Shown here: positions 29,780 through 41,500 of the stretch, piece by piece
Layout of the letters: each line of letters begins with the position of its first letter
Position numbering within the stretch: position 1 is the stretch's first letter
From: Eledone cirrhosa
Lineage: Eukaryota
Assembly: GCA_964016885.1 (NCBI GenBank)
Contig: CAXHJY010000151.1
Coordinates: forward strand, 186,001-250,000
Length of the DNA: 64,000 nucleotides
Direction of reading: 5' to 3'
The notes under the pieces: generated by a model
What the model saw: the letters and a program-made list of their open reading frames with translations, nothing else
Databases searched by the model: none
Told to the model about the DNA's origin: nothing
Position numbers and translations under genes: made by a program

Positions 29780-30550
29780 CTCTTCTTAGTGAGAGACAAC
29801 TACAAGAGAGGTTCTTAGAGAAGAATAAGCCACTATAGTTAACTTTTGTTGACATAGAGAACCCCGATCTGTCATCTGGTGGTCCTTAAGGAAACTAGGT
29901 GTAGGGGAATGGCTTGTGAGGACAGTGCAAGCTATGTACAAGGGTGCTGTCAGTAAAGTGAGAGGAGGAATTCCAGAAACAAAGTAGGTGTACATCAGGG
30001 TTCGGTCCTCAGTCCGCTCTTGTTCATTATAGTCCTCCCTCCCTCCCTCCCTCCCTCCCTCCAAGCCATAACAGAGGAGGAGTAGTTTAAGACTGGATGC
30101 CCATGGGAACTTCTCTATGCTGACGATCTGGTTCTTATAGCAGAATCAGTAGAGGAGCTAGCTAGAGAATAAATTCTGGCTATGGAAACAGCAGTAGTTG
30201 GAATCAAGAAGACTGAGAGTGAACCTAGCTAAGACAAAAGTGTTTATAAGTAGAAGAGAGGACAAAACTCTGATTCTGTCAGGGAAATGGCCATGTTCGA
30301 TATGTAGGAAAGGAGTTGGCATAAATTCTATGAAATGTAGTACGCAATGCAGATCTTGGCTACACAAGAGATGTAGTGGGATAGCAGGAAAACTGACTGA
30401 CAGGTAGGGAGAAATACGTATGCAGTAGATGTACAGGGAAATTTGACAGAGATTGCAGTGATAGACACATTTTTCAAATGCAGGTGGGATCTATAGAGGG
30501 AGTTGATAGCTTCTGATACCTAGGTGATCAGATTAGTAAGGGAGGAGGGT
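29780..30550 (+). pseudogene. Decayed RTE RT core with PHD-like Cys/His insertion
   Basis: GVHQGSVLSPLLF and PWELLYADDLVL in the DNA translation, followed by LRVNLAKTK...WPCSICRKG...C..QC..WLHKRCSG. Confidence 0.8.
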
Positions 30551-31080
30551 GATATAAAATATATTGTTATCATGACTGTCTTTATTATTTAAATTACCTC
30601 TGTCTATTTACAGATTTTACAGAGTGTACTGGGTGCTTTTATGATGGGAGCAGCAACTCTATACGATTTTACAGAGTGTACTTGGTGCTTTTATCATGGC
30701 ACATGGCAGCAGCAGCAGCAGCAACTACGATTTTACAGAGTGTACTTGGTGCTTTTTACTCTGACATCAGCACTGAGGAAGTTGTCATATTTTCAGCTAA
30801 ATTAATGAGTAGAAAAACCAAGTTTCTGCTACAAAAAATTCTCAGATTCAAGGGAGACATTCAGTTTAAGTATGGTATACTGTCACTAAGGCAGCAAATT
30901 GGCAGAGTCGCTAGAATATCAGATAGCATTCTTTACATTATTTGTTTCAGCTCTCTGTTCTCTCAATTCAAATCCTGCTCAGGTCAACTTTGCCTTTCAT
31001 CCATACAAAATAGATTAATAAAAGTACCAGTGTATTACTGGGGTCAATTCTTCTTCTAACTCTTCTGCACTTCCATTCTC

Positions 31081-31159
<79 letters not shown>

Positions 31160-31379
31160 GCTTCTTTAGAACACATCTGCTGTATTCAGACCTGGAGCGG
31201 AGATGGGCTCCACCAAGTTTTAAAAATTGCCCTTTAAGCGCTGTATGTCAATATGGTGCCCCTATGATTCCCTCCCTCAGGAGTTATGGGACCATAGATA
31301 CTGTCAATTGTAAAGAATAACAGAGATATTCAGTGCTAGTGTGGTGTTCTGTCAGTTGTGGAGATTGATGAATCTAAAC

Positions 31380-31582
31380 AGAAATATCAACAGCACTTTT
31401 CATTTCTGAGTAACACATTTGTTACCAAGTGCTGCATGGCTGGAATGAAAATCAGTGCTGTGAAAACCAAGACATTCATCCTCTCAAGGAAGCTTGTGCA
31501 GTGCACTCTACATGTAAATGGAGTCCCACTGAAGCAGGTAGAAAAGTTCATGTATCTCGAAGCTGTGTTCACGAGTGATGAC
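31380..31582 (+). pseudogene. RTE/BovB-type RT fragment
   Basis: AGMKISAVKTK...VNGVPLKQVEKFMYL. Confidence 0.65.
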
Positions 31583-31707
31583 AGAGACGGCAAAGGCACA
31601 ACACACAACAGAAGAAAAGAACAATGACAATTATTATTATTATTTGTTTTATTAGTTTTATTATAATAAAAATTGTGCTGTTAGTTTGCTTGCTATACCA
31701 TCATGTA

Positions 31708-31794
31708 CCCTAACCCTAAACCTAACCCCAACTCCAACTCTGACCCTAAACCTAACCCCAACCCCAACCCTAACCCTAACCCTAACCCTAACCC
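31708..31794 (-). repeat. Interstitial telomeric tract (CCCTAA)n
   Basis: Four perfect CCCTAA at 31768-31791 preceded by degenerate hexamers. Confidence 0.85.
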
Positions 31795-32545
31795 ACGATA
31801 GAAGACGTTCGTTACCGCTGGAGCAACGCAAATTACTCCTCGGTTGACGCCAAAAACGAACGCCTTCTCGACGGCTAGCCGCATTTCGTGATCCGCCTTT
31901 CGATTGCGCTTCCGTCGCGGAAAAAGAATTGCCTTTATAGGCCGCCGCCGCCCGACCGGACCCACGATAGAAGACGTTCGTTACCGCTGGAGCAACGCAA
32001 ATTACTCCTCGGTTGACGCCAAAAACGAACGCCTTCTCGACGGCTAGCCGCATTTCGTGATCCGCCTTTCGATTGCGCTTCCGTCGCGGAAAAAGAATTG
32101 CCTTTATAGGCCGCCGCCGCCCGACCGGACCCACGATAGAAGACGTTCGTTACCGCTGGAGCAACGCAAATTACTCCTCGGTTGACGCCAAAAACGAACG
32201 CCTTCTCGACGGCTAGCCGCATTTCGTGATCCGCCTTTCGATTGCGCTTCCGTCGCGGAAAAAGAATTGCCTTTATAGGCCGCCGCCGCCCGACCGGACC
32301 CACGATAGAAGACGTTCGTTACCGCTGGAGCAACGCAAATTACTCCTCGGTTGACGCCAAAAACGAACGCCTTCTCGACGGCTAGCCGCATTTCGTGATC
32401 CGCCTTTCGATTGCGCTTCCGTCGCGGAAAAAGAATTGCCTTTATAGGCCGCCGCCGCCGCCCGACCGGACCCACGATAGAAGACGTTCGTTACCGCTGG
32501 AGCAACGCAAATTACTCCTCGGTTGACGCCAAAAACGAACGCCTT
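31792..32545 (+). repeat. 169-bp GC-rich tandem repeat (~4.4 copies), probable rDNA IGS/5'ETS origin
   Basis: Period 169/169/172 from repeated ORF ends. Ends ~360 bp upstream of the 18S start. Confidence 0.85.
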
Positions 32546-32903
32546 CCGGTTCGGGCGACGTAAAAGTCTGTAGCCTTTTCGCCGATCCTCGACGATTATC
32601 CGCCTTCCGAACAACCGCCTTTCCGCCGTCACAGCAGTAGGTACTCGTCCGTCGTAATAGCCGTCATTTTAATGCAGGAGAAACGCCTAAATGCACTGCG
32701 ATTGACGACGATCTACGACGCGCTTACTCTTCCTTGCTGCGACGAAGGTTTCGTTCGGCTTTTCGTCGTGGACCCGGTCAGGTCGTGCCGCTGATCTCGC
32801 GTTGCGTCGTTACCGCTGGAGCAACGCAAATTACTCCTCGTTTAACGCCAACATCGAACGCGCTTCGGTTCTCGGTCGTCGTTGTTTTGTTTCGTGCGGA
32901 AGA

Positions 32904-33088
32904 TACCTGGGTGATCCTGCCAGTAGTCATATGCTTGTCTCAAAGCTTAAGCCATGCAAGTGGAAGTTCATGCCGTAAACGAAAATGGTGAAACCGCGAA
33001 TGGCTCAGAAACCGGATCTAATCCTCGGGACCGTATTCCTCACCGCGAGGAGAGGATAACTGTGGCAATTCTAGAGCTAATACATGCA
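32904..33088 (+). rRNA. 18S rRNA 5' fragment (pseudogenic, first ~185 nt)
   Basis: tacctgggtgatcctgccagtagtcatatgcttgtctcaaag...gtgaaaccgcgaatggctca...ggataactgtggcaattctagagctaatacatgc matches the conserved eukaryotic SSU 5' end. Confidence 0.92.
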
Positions 33089-33096
33089 ATTGAGAT

Positions 33097-36000
33097 CGGA
33101 GAGGGAGCGATCCGTCTGCTTGATTCCGATAACGAACGAGACATTCGTATCCGAAAGAACGTTTGTCTGGAAACTGGTGCAGTCAGTGAGTCGAAAAAAA
33201 AATATCTCGGTGGTAGTAGCAAATATTCGAACGAGACATTCGTATGCGAAAGAACGTTTGTCGGTGGTAGTAGCAAATATTCGAACGAGACATTCGTATG
33301 CGAAAGAACGTTTGTCTGGAAGTGGCGATCCATGCCCGGTGGATAGTTGGTTCCGGGTTTTACTATGATTGTTGCAAAACAGAAACTTAAAGGGATTGAC
33401 AGAATTTGCGATTCCGGAGAGAGGGCGATCCGTCTGCTTGATTCCGATAACGAACGAGACATTCGTATCCGAAAGAACGTTTGTCTGGAAACTGGTGAGT
33501 CAGTGAGTCGAAAAAAAAATATCTCGGTGGTAGTAGCAAATATTCGTATGCGAAAGAAAAGATCTCGGTGGTAGTAGCAAATATTCGAACGAGACATTCG
33601 TAGGCGAAAGAAAAATATCTCGGTGGTAGTAGCAAATATTCGAACGAGACATTCGTATGCGAAAGAACGTTTGTCGGTGGTAGTAGCAAATATTCGAACG
33701 AGACATTCGTATGCGAAAGAACGTTTGTCTGGAAGTGGCGATCCATGCCCGGTGGATAGTTGGTTCCGGGTTTTACTATGATTGTTGCAAAACAGAAACT
33801 TAAAGGGATTGACAGAATTTGCGATTACGGAGAGGGGGCGATCCGTCTGCTTGATTCCGATAACGAACGAGACATTCGTATCCGAAAGAACGTTTGTCTG
33901 GAAACTGGTGAGTCAGTGAGTCGAAAAAAAAATATCTCGGTGGTAGTAGCAAATATTCGAACGAGACATTCGTATGCGAAAGAACGTTTGTCGGTGGTAG
34001 TAGCAAATATTCGAACGAGACATTCGTATGCGAAAGAACGTTTGTCTGGAAGTGGCGATCCATGCCCGGTGGATAGTTGGTTCCGGGTTTTACTATGATT
34101 GTTGCAAAACAGAAACTTAAAGGGATTGACAGAATTTGCGATTACGGAGAGGGGGCGATCCGTCTGCTTGATTCCGATAACGAACGAGACATTCGTATCC
34201 GAAAGAACGTTTGTCTGGAAACTGGTGAGTCAGTGAGTCGAAAAAAAAAATATCTCGGTGGTAGTAGCAAATATTCGAACGAGACATTCGTATGCGAAAG
34301 AACGTTTGTCGGTGGTAGTAGCAAATATTCGAACGAGACATTCGTATGCGAAAGAACGTTTGTCGGTGGTAGTAGCAAATATTCGAACGAGACATTCGTA
34401 TGCGAAAGAACGTTTGTCTGGAAGTGGCGATCCATGCTCGGTGGATAGTTGGTTCCGGGTTTTACTATGATTGTTGCAAAACAGAAACTTAAAGGGATTG
34501 ACAGAATTTGCGATTCCGGAGAGGGGGCGATCCGTCTGCTTGATTCCGATAACGAACGAGACATTCGTATCCGAAAGAACGTTTGTCTGGAAACTGGTGA
34601 GTCAGTGAGTCGAAAAAAAAATATCTCGGTGGTAGTAGCAAATATTCGAACGAGACATTCGTATGCGAAAGAACGTTTGTCGGTGGTAGTAGCAAATATT
34701 CGAACGAGACATTCGTATGCGAAAGAACGTTTGTCGGTGGTAGTAGCAAATATTCGAACGAGACATTCGTATGCGAAAGAACGTTTGTCTGGAAGTGGCG
34801 ATCCATGCTCGGTGGATAGTTGGTTCCGGGTTTTACTATGATTGTTGCAAAACAGAAACTTAAAGGGATTGACAGAATTTGCGATTCCGGAGAGGGGGCG
34901 ATCCGTCTGCTTGATTCCGATAACGAACGAGACATTCGTATCCGAAAGAACGTTTGTCTGGAAACTGGTGAGTCAGTGAGTCGAAAAAAAAATATCTCGG
35001 TGGTAGTAGCAAATATTCGAACGAGACATTCGTATGCGAAAGAAAAATATCTCGGTGGTAGTAGCAAATATTCGAACGAGACATTCGTATGCGAAAGAAC
35101 GTTTGTCTGGAAGTGGCGATCCATGCCCGGTGGATAGTTGGTTCCGGGTTTTACTATGATTGTTGCAAAACAGAAACTTAAAGGGATTGACAGAATTTGC
35201 GATTCCGGAGAGGGGGCGATCCGTCTGCTTGATTCCGATAACGAACGAGACATTCGTATCCGAAAGAACGTTTGTCTGGAAACTGGTGAGTCAGTGAGTC
35301 GAAAAAAAAATATCTCGGTGGTAGTAGCAAATATTCGAACGAGACATTCGTATGCGAAAGAAAAATATCTCGGTGGTAGTAGCAAATATTCGAACGAGAC
35401 ATTCGTATGCGAAAGAACGTTTGTCTGGAAGTGGCGATCCATGCCCGGTGGATAGTTGGTTCCGGGTTTTACTATGATTGTTGCAAAACAGAAACTTAAA
35501 GGGATTGACAGGATTTGCGATTCCGGAGAGGGGGCGATCCGTCTGCTTGATTCCGATAACGAACGAGACATTCGTATCCGAAAGAACGTTTGTCTGGAAA
35601 CTGGTGAGTCAGTGAGTCGAAAAAAAAAATATCTCGGTGGTAGTAGCAAATATTCGAACGAGACATTCGTATGCGAAAGAACGTTTGTCGGTGGTAGTAG
35701 CAAATATTCGAACGAGACATTCGTATGCGAAAGAACGTTTGTCGGTGGTAGTAGCAAATATTCGAACGAGACATTCGTATGCGAAAGAACGTTTGTCTGG
35801 AAGTGGCGATCCATGCCCGGTGGATAGTTGGTTCCGGGTTTTACTATGATTGTTGCAAAACAGAAACTTAAAGGGATTGACAGAATTTGCGATTCCAGAG
35901 AGAGGGCGATCCGTCTGCTTGATTCCGATAACGAACGAGACATTCGTATCCGAAAGAACGTTTGTCTGGAAACTGGTGAGTCAGTGAGTCGAAAAAAAAA

Positions 36001-36510
36001 TATCTCGGTGGTAGTAGCAAATATTCGAACGAGACATTCGTATGCGAAAGAACGTTTGTCTGGAAGTGGCGATCCATGCTCGGTGGATAGTTGGTTCCGG
36101 GTTTTACTATGATTGTTGCAAAACAGAAACTTAAAGGGATTGACAGAATTTGCGATTCCGGAGAGGGGGCGATCCGTCTGCTTGATTCCGATAACGAACG
36201 AGACATTCGTATCCGAAAGAACGTTTGTCTGGAAACTGGTGAGTCAGTGAGTCGAAAAAAAAATATCTCGGTGGTAGTAGCAAATATTCGTATGCGAAAG
36301 AAAAGATCTCGGTGGTAGTAGCAAATATTCGAACGAGACATTCGTATGCGAAAGAAAAATATCTCGGTGGTAGTAGCAAATATTCGAACGAGACATTCGT
36401 ATTCGAAAGAACGTTTGTCTGGAAGTTGCGATCCATGCCCGGTGGATAGTTGGTTCCGGGCTTTACTATGATTGTTGCAAAACAGAAACTTAAAGGAATT
36501 GACAGAATTT
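33097..36510 (+). repeat. Chimeric 18S/28S-derived satellite: ~10 units, mostly 263 bp plus 0-2 extra ~54-bp subrepeats
   Basis: Unit markers at 33347, 33760, 34077, 34449, 34820, 35138, 35456, 35828, 36091, 36450 (periods 413, 317, 372, 371, 318, 318, 372, 263, 359). Units contain recognisable SSU and LSU conserved motifs. Confidence 0.9.
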
Positions 36511-36526
36511 TCGAATCGACATCAAC

Positions 36527-36885
36527 TCGGCTACGGCTATCCCGTCGAGTACGAGAGTATCGCGGGATCAGAGCAACGGTTTGCTAGGCTGCCTCTGAGC
36601 GATAACGGCTGAACGCCTCCTCTAAGCCGGAACCCTAGCCGGACCCGAGTTGTTTTTCGACAAGCGTCTCGACCTTCTTAAGGCCCATGCCTTAGTTTGG
36701 CGATTGCCGTCCGTTCGCCGACGGCGGCAGCGTCAGCGGAAATGCCATTCTGTGACGACTACGACGATTCGTCGTCGTCGTCGTCCATTCGATTTCCTGA
36801 AAGAGATAGAGACTAAAGTGATCAAATTGTTCGGAGTTACGTGCTTAGTAGAGCAGCTACCACACTGCAATCTATTGAGAGTTTT
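36527..36885 (+). rRNA. 28S rRNA 3'-end fragments (pseudogenic)
   Basis: Sarcin-ricin-loop-like agtacgagag (36548), ggctgaacgcctc..taag, and agtagagcagct...ctgcaatctattga as in the LSU 3' terminus. Confidence 0.75.
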
Positions 36886-37629
36886 CTGACGAACGATACA
36901 ATCCGCCCACGTGGCGCCAGAAAGGGAGAAGAAAAGAAAAGTTAGACGCCGCCGATCGATCGGTTCGTTGTTTTACGTGTACACAGCTTGTGTGTGTGTC
37001 TGTATGTGATACAAGCCGCCTATCCGTCTTCCAAGTAAGTTTTGTGTGTAGACTGCGGAAAGAAATCCAATCCGCCGTCTAGGCGGTTCTGCCGCCGACC
37101 CATACTTTTGCGAGTCGCTCCCGGGAAAGACAGGCGGCAAGACGGCGTGTATACACGACGCCTTCCGTCTTCCGCCTCGAACCCGGGCAAACGTTCCTTT
37201 ATTCGTCCACGCCTTCCCGCTTCGATCGCGAGAAAGTAATCAATCTGTTTTGTGTGTGTGTCTGTGTGTGATACAAATTTGTTTTCTTAATTTGATAACC
37301 ATGAATTGTTTCAACACCGGCCCTTTTAAGGGCCACTTATATTTTCAATAATCAGTTTAAATGGGTTGCACCGTAGCCACTTGGTAATACACTGCAAATC
37401 TCCCGTCAATCTATGAAGGTTTTGTAGTAGATTAGATCAAAACACAATCAGCAAGACAGTAATGGAATGAATAATATAAACATTTGTTTATAATTAAAGC
37501 CTTAAGATGTCCCTCCCTCCCTCCCTTCCTTCCTTCCTTCCTTCCTTCCTTCCTTCCTTCCTTACGATATACACTTTAATAACATTGAAACTTATTTAAT
37601 AAGTTTAAATTTTAAACACTTTTTATTCA

Positions 37630-37762
37630 GACGTACCGCGATAAGTAACTAGATATGTTCTAACGAATAATCCGCGATGTGGCGAGGATTACCGCGATAG
37701 GAAATTAGATACGTTCCAAAGAAATATCCGCGAAAAGTGAACCGCGATATAGCGGGTTCACC
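37630..37762. mobile_element. Possible pogo/Tigger-like MITE end with ccgcgat subterminal repeats
   Basis: Five ccgcga motifs ending in accgcgatatagcgggttcac. The partner TIR was not found. Confidence 0.4.
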
Positions 37763-37925
37763 AGCCAGTGTATTACTGGTACTTTATTTTATCGACCCCC
37801 ATAAGGATGAAAGGCAAAGTTAACTGTGCAATAACAAAGGGAGATAACCTCGTCTTTTTTTTTTTACGGAGTTATTTCCCTTTAAATTTTATCTATTACT
37901 TATGATGATACAATTTAATCAGTTC

Positions 37926-38051
37926 TTAGCTGTCGAGACACTGCATCCTTTAAAACCTCCATGGAACAAGCTACCTGCAACAGTTGTTAGCTGTCGAGAC
38001 ACTGCATCTTTTAAAACCTCCATGGAACAAACTACCTGCATCAGTTGTTAG
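37926..38051 (+). repeat. 61-bp tandem duplicate of the CR1 ORF2 3' end
   Basis: Encodes WNKLPA.VVSCRDTASFKT, homologous to the reverse complement of ~18563-18627. Confidence 0.85.
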
Positions 38052-38318
38052 GGTCTGAGTTCAAATCACGCCGAGGAGGTTAACTTTGCCTTTCATCCTT
38101 ACGGGGTCGGTCGGAAAACGAACCATTCCCGGTTCGCTTTCGAAGCGGGTTTCCGAAAACAGCGCTTCTCTCGACCGGGCCCGTCGTCCGCTCGGCGGTG
38201 GTTTTCATCGTCCCAGGCACGGCTAACAGGCGGAGACGGGACAAACGCGCGTGTTCCTTTTTTTATCAGCCGCAGCGCCGTTCGTATATATGCTTAGGTT
38301 GTTTTTTTTTTAAATATC

Positions 38319-38534
38319 CTAAGTTAAGTTGGGGCTAAGTTAAGTTGGGGCTAAGTTAAGTTGAGGTTAAGTTGAGTTGGGGTTAAGTTAAGTGGGGGTT
38401 AAGTTAAGCTGGGGTTAAGTTAAGTTGAGGTTAAGTTAAGTTGGGGTTAAGTCAAGTTGGGGTTAAGTTAAGTTGGGGTTAAGTTAGGTTGGGGTTAAGT
38501 TAAGTTGGGGTTAAGTTAGGTTGCGGTTAAGTTA
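38319..38534 (+). repeat. 16-bp telomere-variant array (TTAAGTTAAGTTGGGG), ~13 copies
   Basis: Seen directly; G-rich strand is +. Confidence 0.85.
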
Positions 38535-41500
38535 CATTCGCCGCCGGACTTCAGCTTCCTCATTTAGCATGGGCAGTTTTTCTTGAAAATCACACCACAC
38601 ACAGCAAATGTGTGTCCGCACATGTACCAGTAATTACAGATCGATTCCGGTGAAAATTCACTGAAAACGGGCCATCCGGCCCTGTGCGTCGATCGTGGGC
38701 CGGCCGGATGTTGACGGATCGATGTGTAATTAGAAGTACATGTGCGGACACTCATTGGCTGTGCGTGGTATGCATTTCAGCAAGATATCTCCGTAACATC
38801 AAGAGTTATGGCTGTGGAGGCACACCTAGTCAAACGTAAACAAGGTCTGGAGCGTTTACGCTTCGCGATTTTGTTTACGTTTGACTAGGTGTGCCTCCAC
38901 AGCCACAACTCTTGATGTTACGGAGATATCTTGCTGAAATGCATACCGCGCACAGGCAATGAGTGTCCGCACATGTACTTCTAATTACACATCGATCCGT
39001 CAACATCCGGCCGGCCCACGATCGACGCACAAGGCCGGATGGCCCGTTTTCAGTGAATTTTCACCGGAATCGATCTGTAATTACTGGTACATGTGCGGAG
39101 ACACATTTGCTGTGTGTGGTGTGATTTTCAAGAAAAACTGCCCATGCTAAATGAGGAAGCTGAAGTCCGCCGGCGAATGGTGTGCTTCGAAGAAAACTAA
39201 TTCGAAAATGACCGTTTGCAGGCGGAGTAACCTTTTCGATCGTGGGCCAGCCGCCCGTGGTGGGATCCATCTGTAATTACTGGTACATGTGCGGACATAC
39301 ATTTGCTGTGTGTGGTGTGATTTTCAAGAAGAACTGCCCATGCTAAATGAGGAAGCTGAAGTCCGCCGGCGAATGGTGTGCTTCGAAGAAAACTAATTCG
39401 AAAATGACCGTTTGCAGGCGGGGTAACCTTTTCGATCGTGGGCCAGCCGCCCGTGGTGGGATCCATCTGTAATTACTGGTACATGTGCGGACACACATTT
39501 GCTGTGTGTGGTGTGATTTTCGAGAAAGACTGCCCATGCTAAATGAGGAAGCTGAAGTCCGCCGGCGAATGGTGTGCTTCGAAGAAAACTAATTCGAAAA
39601 TGACTATTTGCCGGCGGAATCACCTTTTCGGTCCTGGTCCGGCCGGATGTTGCCGGATCGATCGGAAATTTGTGGACCATGTTCGGAAGGCCATTGTGCA
39701 TGTGTGGTGAAAAAAATTTGTGTCGAAATCTTCTCGGAAAATAACGGATCGCCGGCGGAGATTGCCATTTCGATCGTGGGCCGGCCGGATCTTGTCGGAT
39801 CGATTCGGACATATGTGCATCGTGTTCGCAAGGCCCTTGTCTATGTGTGGTGTGATTTTCATAAAGAAATTCCGAAAAACCCAGTTTTAAATCTGATTTC
39901 GCCAAAGAATTTTGGCTATCAGATCGGGTTGAAAGGTATGGTTTCAGGTCGATCTGAAAGTCTAAAATGGAATTCACTCGGTTAGCTAACTATTGATATA
40001 TCGGAGATATCTTTCTGAAAATCACACCACACACTCCCAATGAGTGTCTGCACATGTACCAGTAATTACAGATGGATCCCACCACGGGCGGCCGGCCCAC
40101 GATCGAAAAGGTTACTCCGAAGCACACCATTCGCCGGCGGAATTCATTTAGCATGGGCAGTTTTTCTCGAAAATCACACCACACACAGCCAATGAGTGTC
40201 CGCACATGTACCAGTAATTACAGATGGATCCCACCACGGGCGGCTGGCCCACGATCGAAAAGGTTACTCCGCCTGCAAACGGTCATTTTCGAATTCGTTT
40301 TCTTCGAAGCACACGATTCGCCGGCGGACTTCAGCTGCCTCATTTAGCATGGGCAGTTTTTCTCGAAAATCACACCACACACAGCAAATGTGTGTCCGCA
40401 CATGTACCAGTAATTACAGATCGATTCCGGTGAAAATTCACTGAAAACGGGCCATTCGGCCCTGTGCGTCGATCGTGGGCCGGCCGGATGTTGACGGATC
40501 GATGTGTAATTAGAAGTACATGTGCGGACACTCATTGGCTGTGCGTGGTATGCATTTCAGCAAGATATCTCCGTAACATCAAGAGTTATGGCTGTGGAGG
40601 CACACCTAGTCAAACGTAAACAAGCTCTGGAGCGTATACGCTTCGCGATTTTGTTTACGTTTGACTAGGTGTGCCTCCACAGCCACAACTCTTGATGTTA
40701 CGGAGATATCTTGCTGAAATGCATACCACGCACAGCCAATGAGTGTCCGCACATGTACTTCTAATTACACATCGATCCGTCAACATCCGGCCGGCCCACG
40801 ATCGACGCACAGGGCCGGATGGCCCGTTTGCAGTGAATTTTCACCGGAATCGATCTGTAATTACTGGTACATGTGCGGACACACATTTGCTGTGTGTGGT
40901 GTGATTTTCGAGAAAGACTGCCCATGCTAAATGAGGAAGCTGAAGTCCGCCGGCGAATGGTGTGCTTCGAAGAAAACTAATTCGAAAATGACCGTTTGCA
41001 GGCGGGGTAACCTTTTCGATCGTGGGCCAGCCGCCCGTGGTGGGATCCATCTGTAATTACTGGTACATGTGCGGACACACATTTGCTGTGTGTGGTGTGA
41101 TTTTCGAGAAAGACTGCCCATGCTAAATGAGGAAGCTGAAGTCCGCCGGCGAATGGTGTGCTTCGAAGAAAACTAATTCGAAAATGACTATTTGCCGGCG
41201 GAATCACCTTTTCGGTCCTGGTCCGGCCGGATCTTGCCGGATCGATCGGAAATTTGTGGACCATGTTCGGAAGGCCATTGTGCATGTGTGGTGAAAAAAA
41301 TTTGTGTCGAAATCTTCTCGGAAAATAACGGATCGCCGGCGGAGATTGCCATTTCGATCGTGGGCCGGCCGGATCTTGTCGGATCGATTCGGACATATGT
41401 GCATCGTGTTCGCAAGGCCCTTGTCTATGTGTGGTGTGATTTTCATAAAGAAATTCCGAAAAACCCAGTTTTAAATCTGATTTCGCCAAAGAATTTTGGC

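Noticed and set aside
34489-35943. 484-aa minus-strand ORF
   Set aside because: It is antisense to the rRNA-derived repeats. The frame is kept only by chance poly-A lengths and breaks in neighbouring units.
33097-36510. CRISPR-like repeat/spacer appearance
   Set aside because: The intervening sequences are themselves repeated rather than unique spacers. There are no cas genes, the context is eukaryotic and the origin is rRNA.
32904-36885. Functional 18S/28S rRNA genes
   Set aside because: Only ~185 nt of contiguous 18S and fragments of the 28S 3' end are present; most of both molecules is missing.
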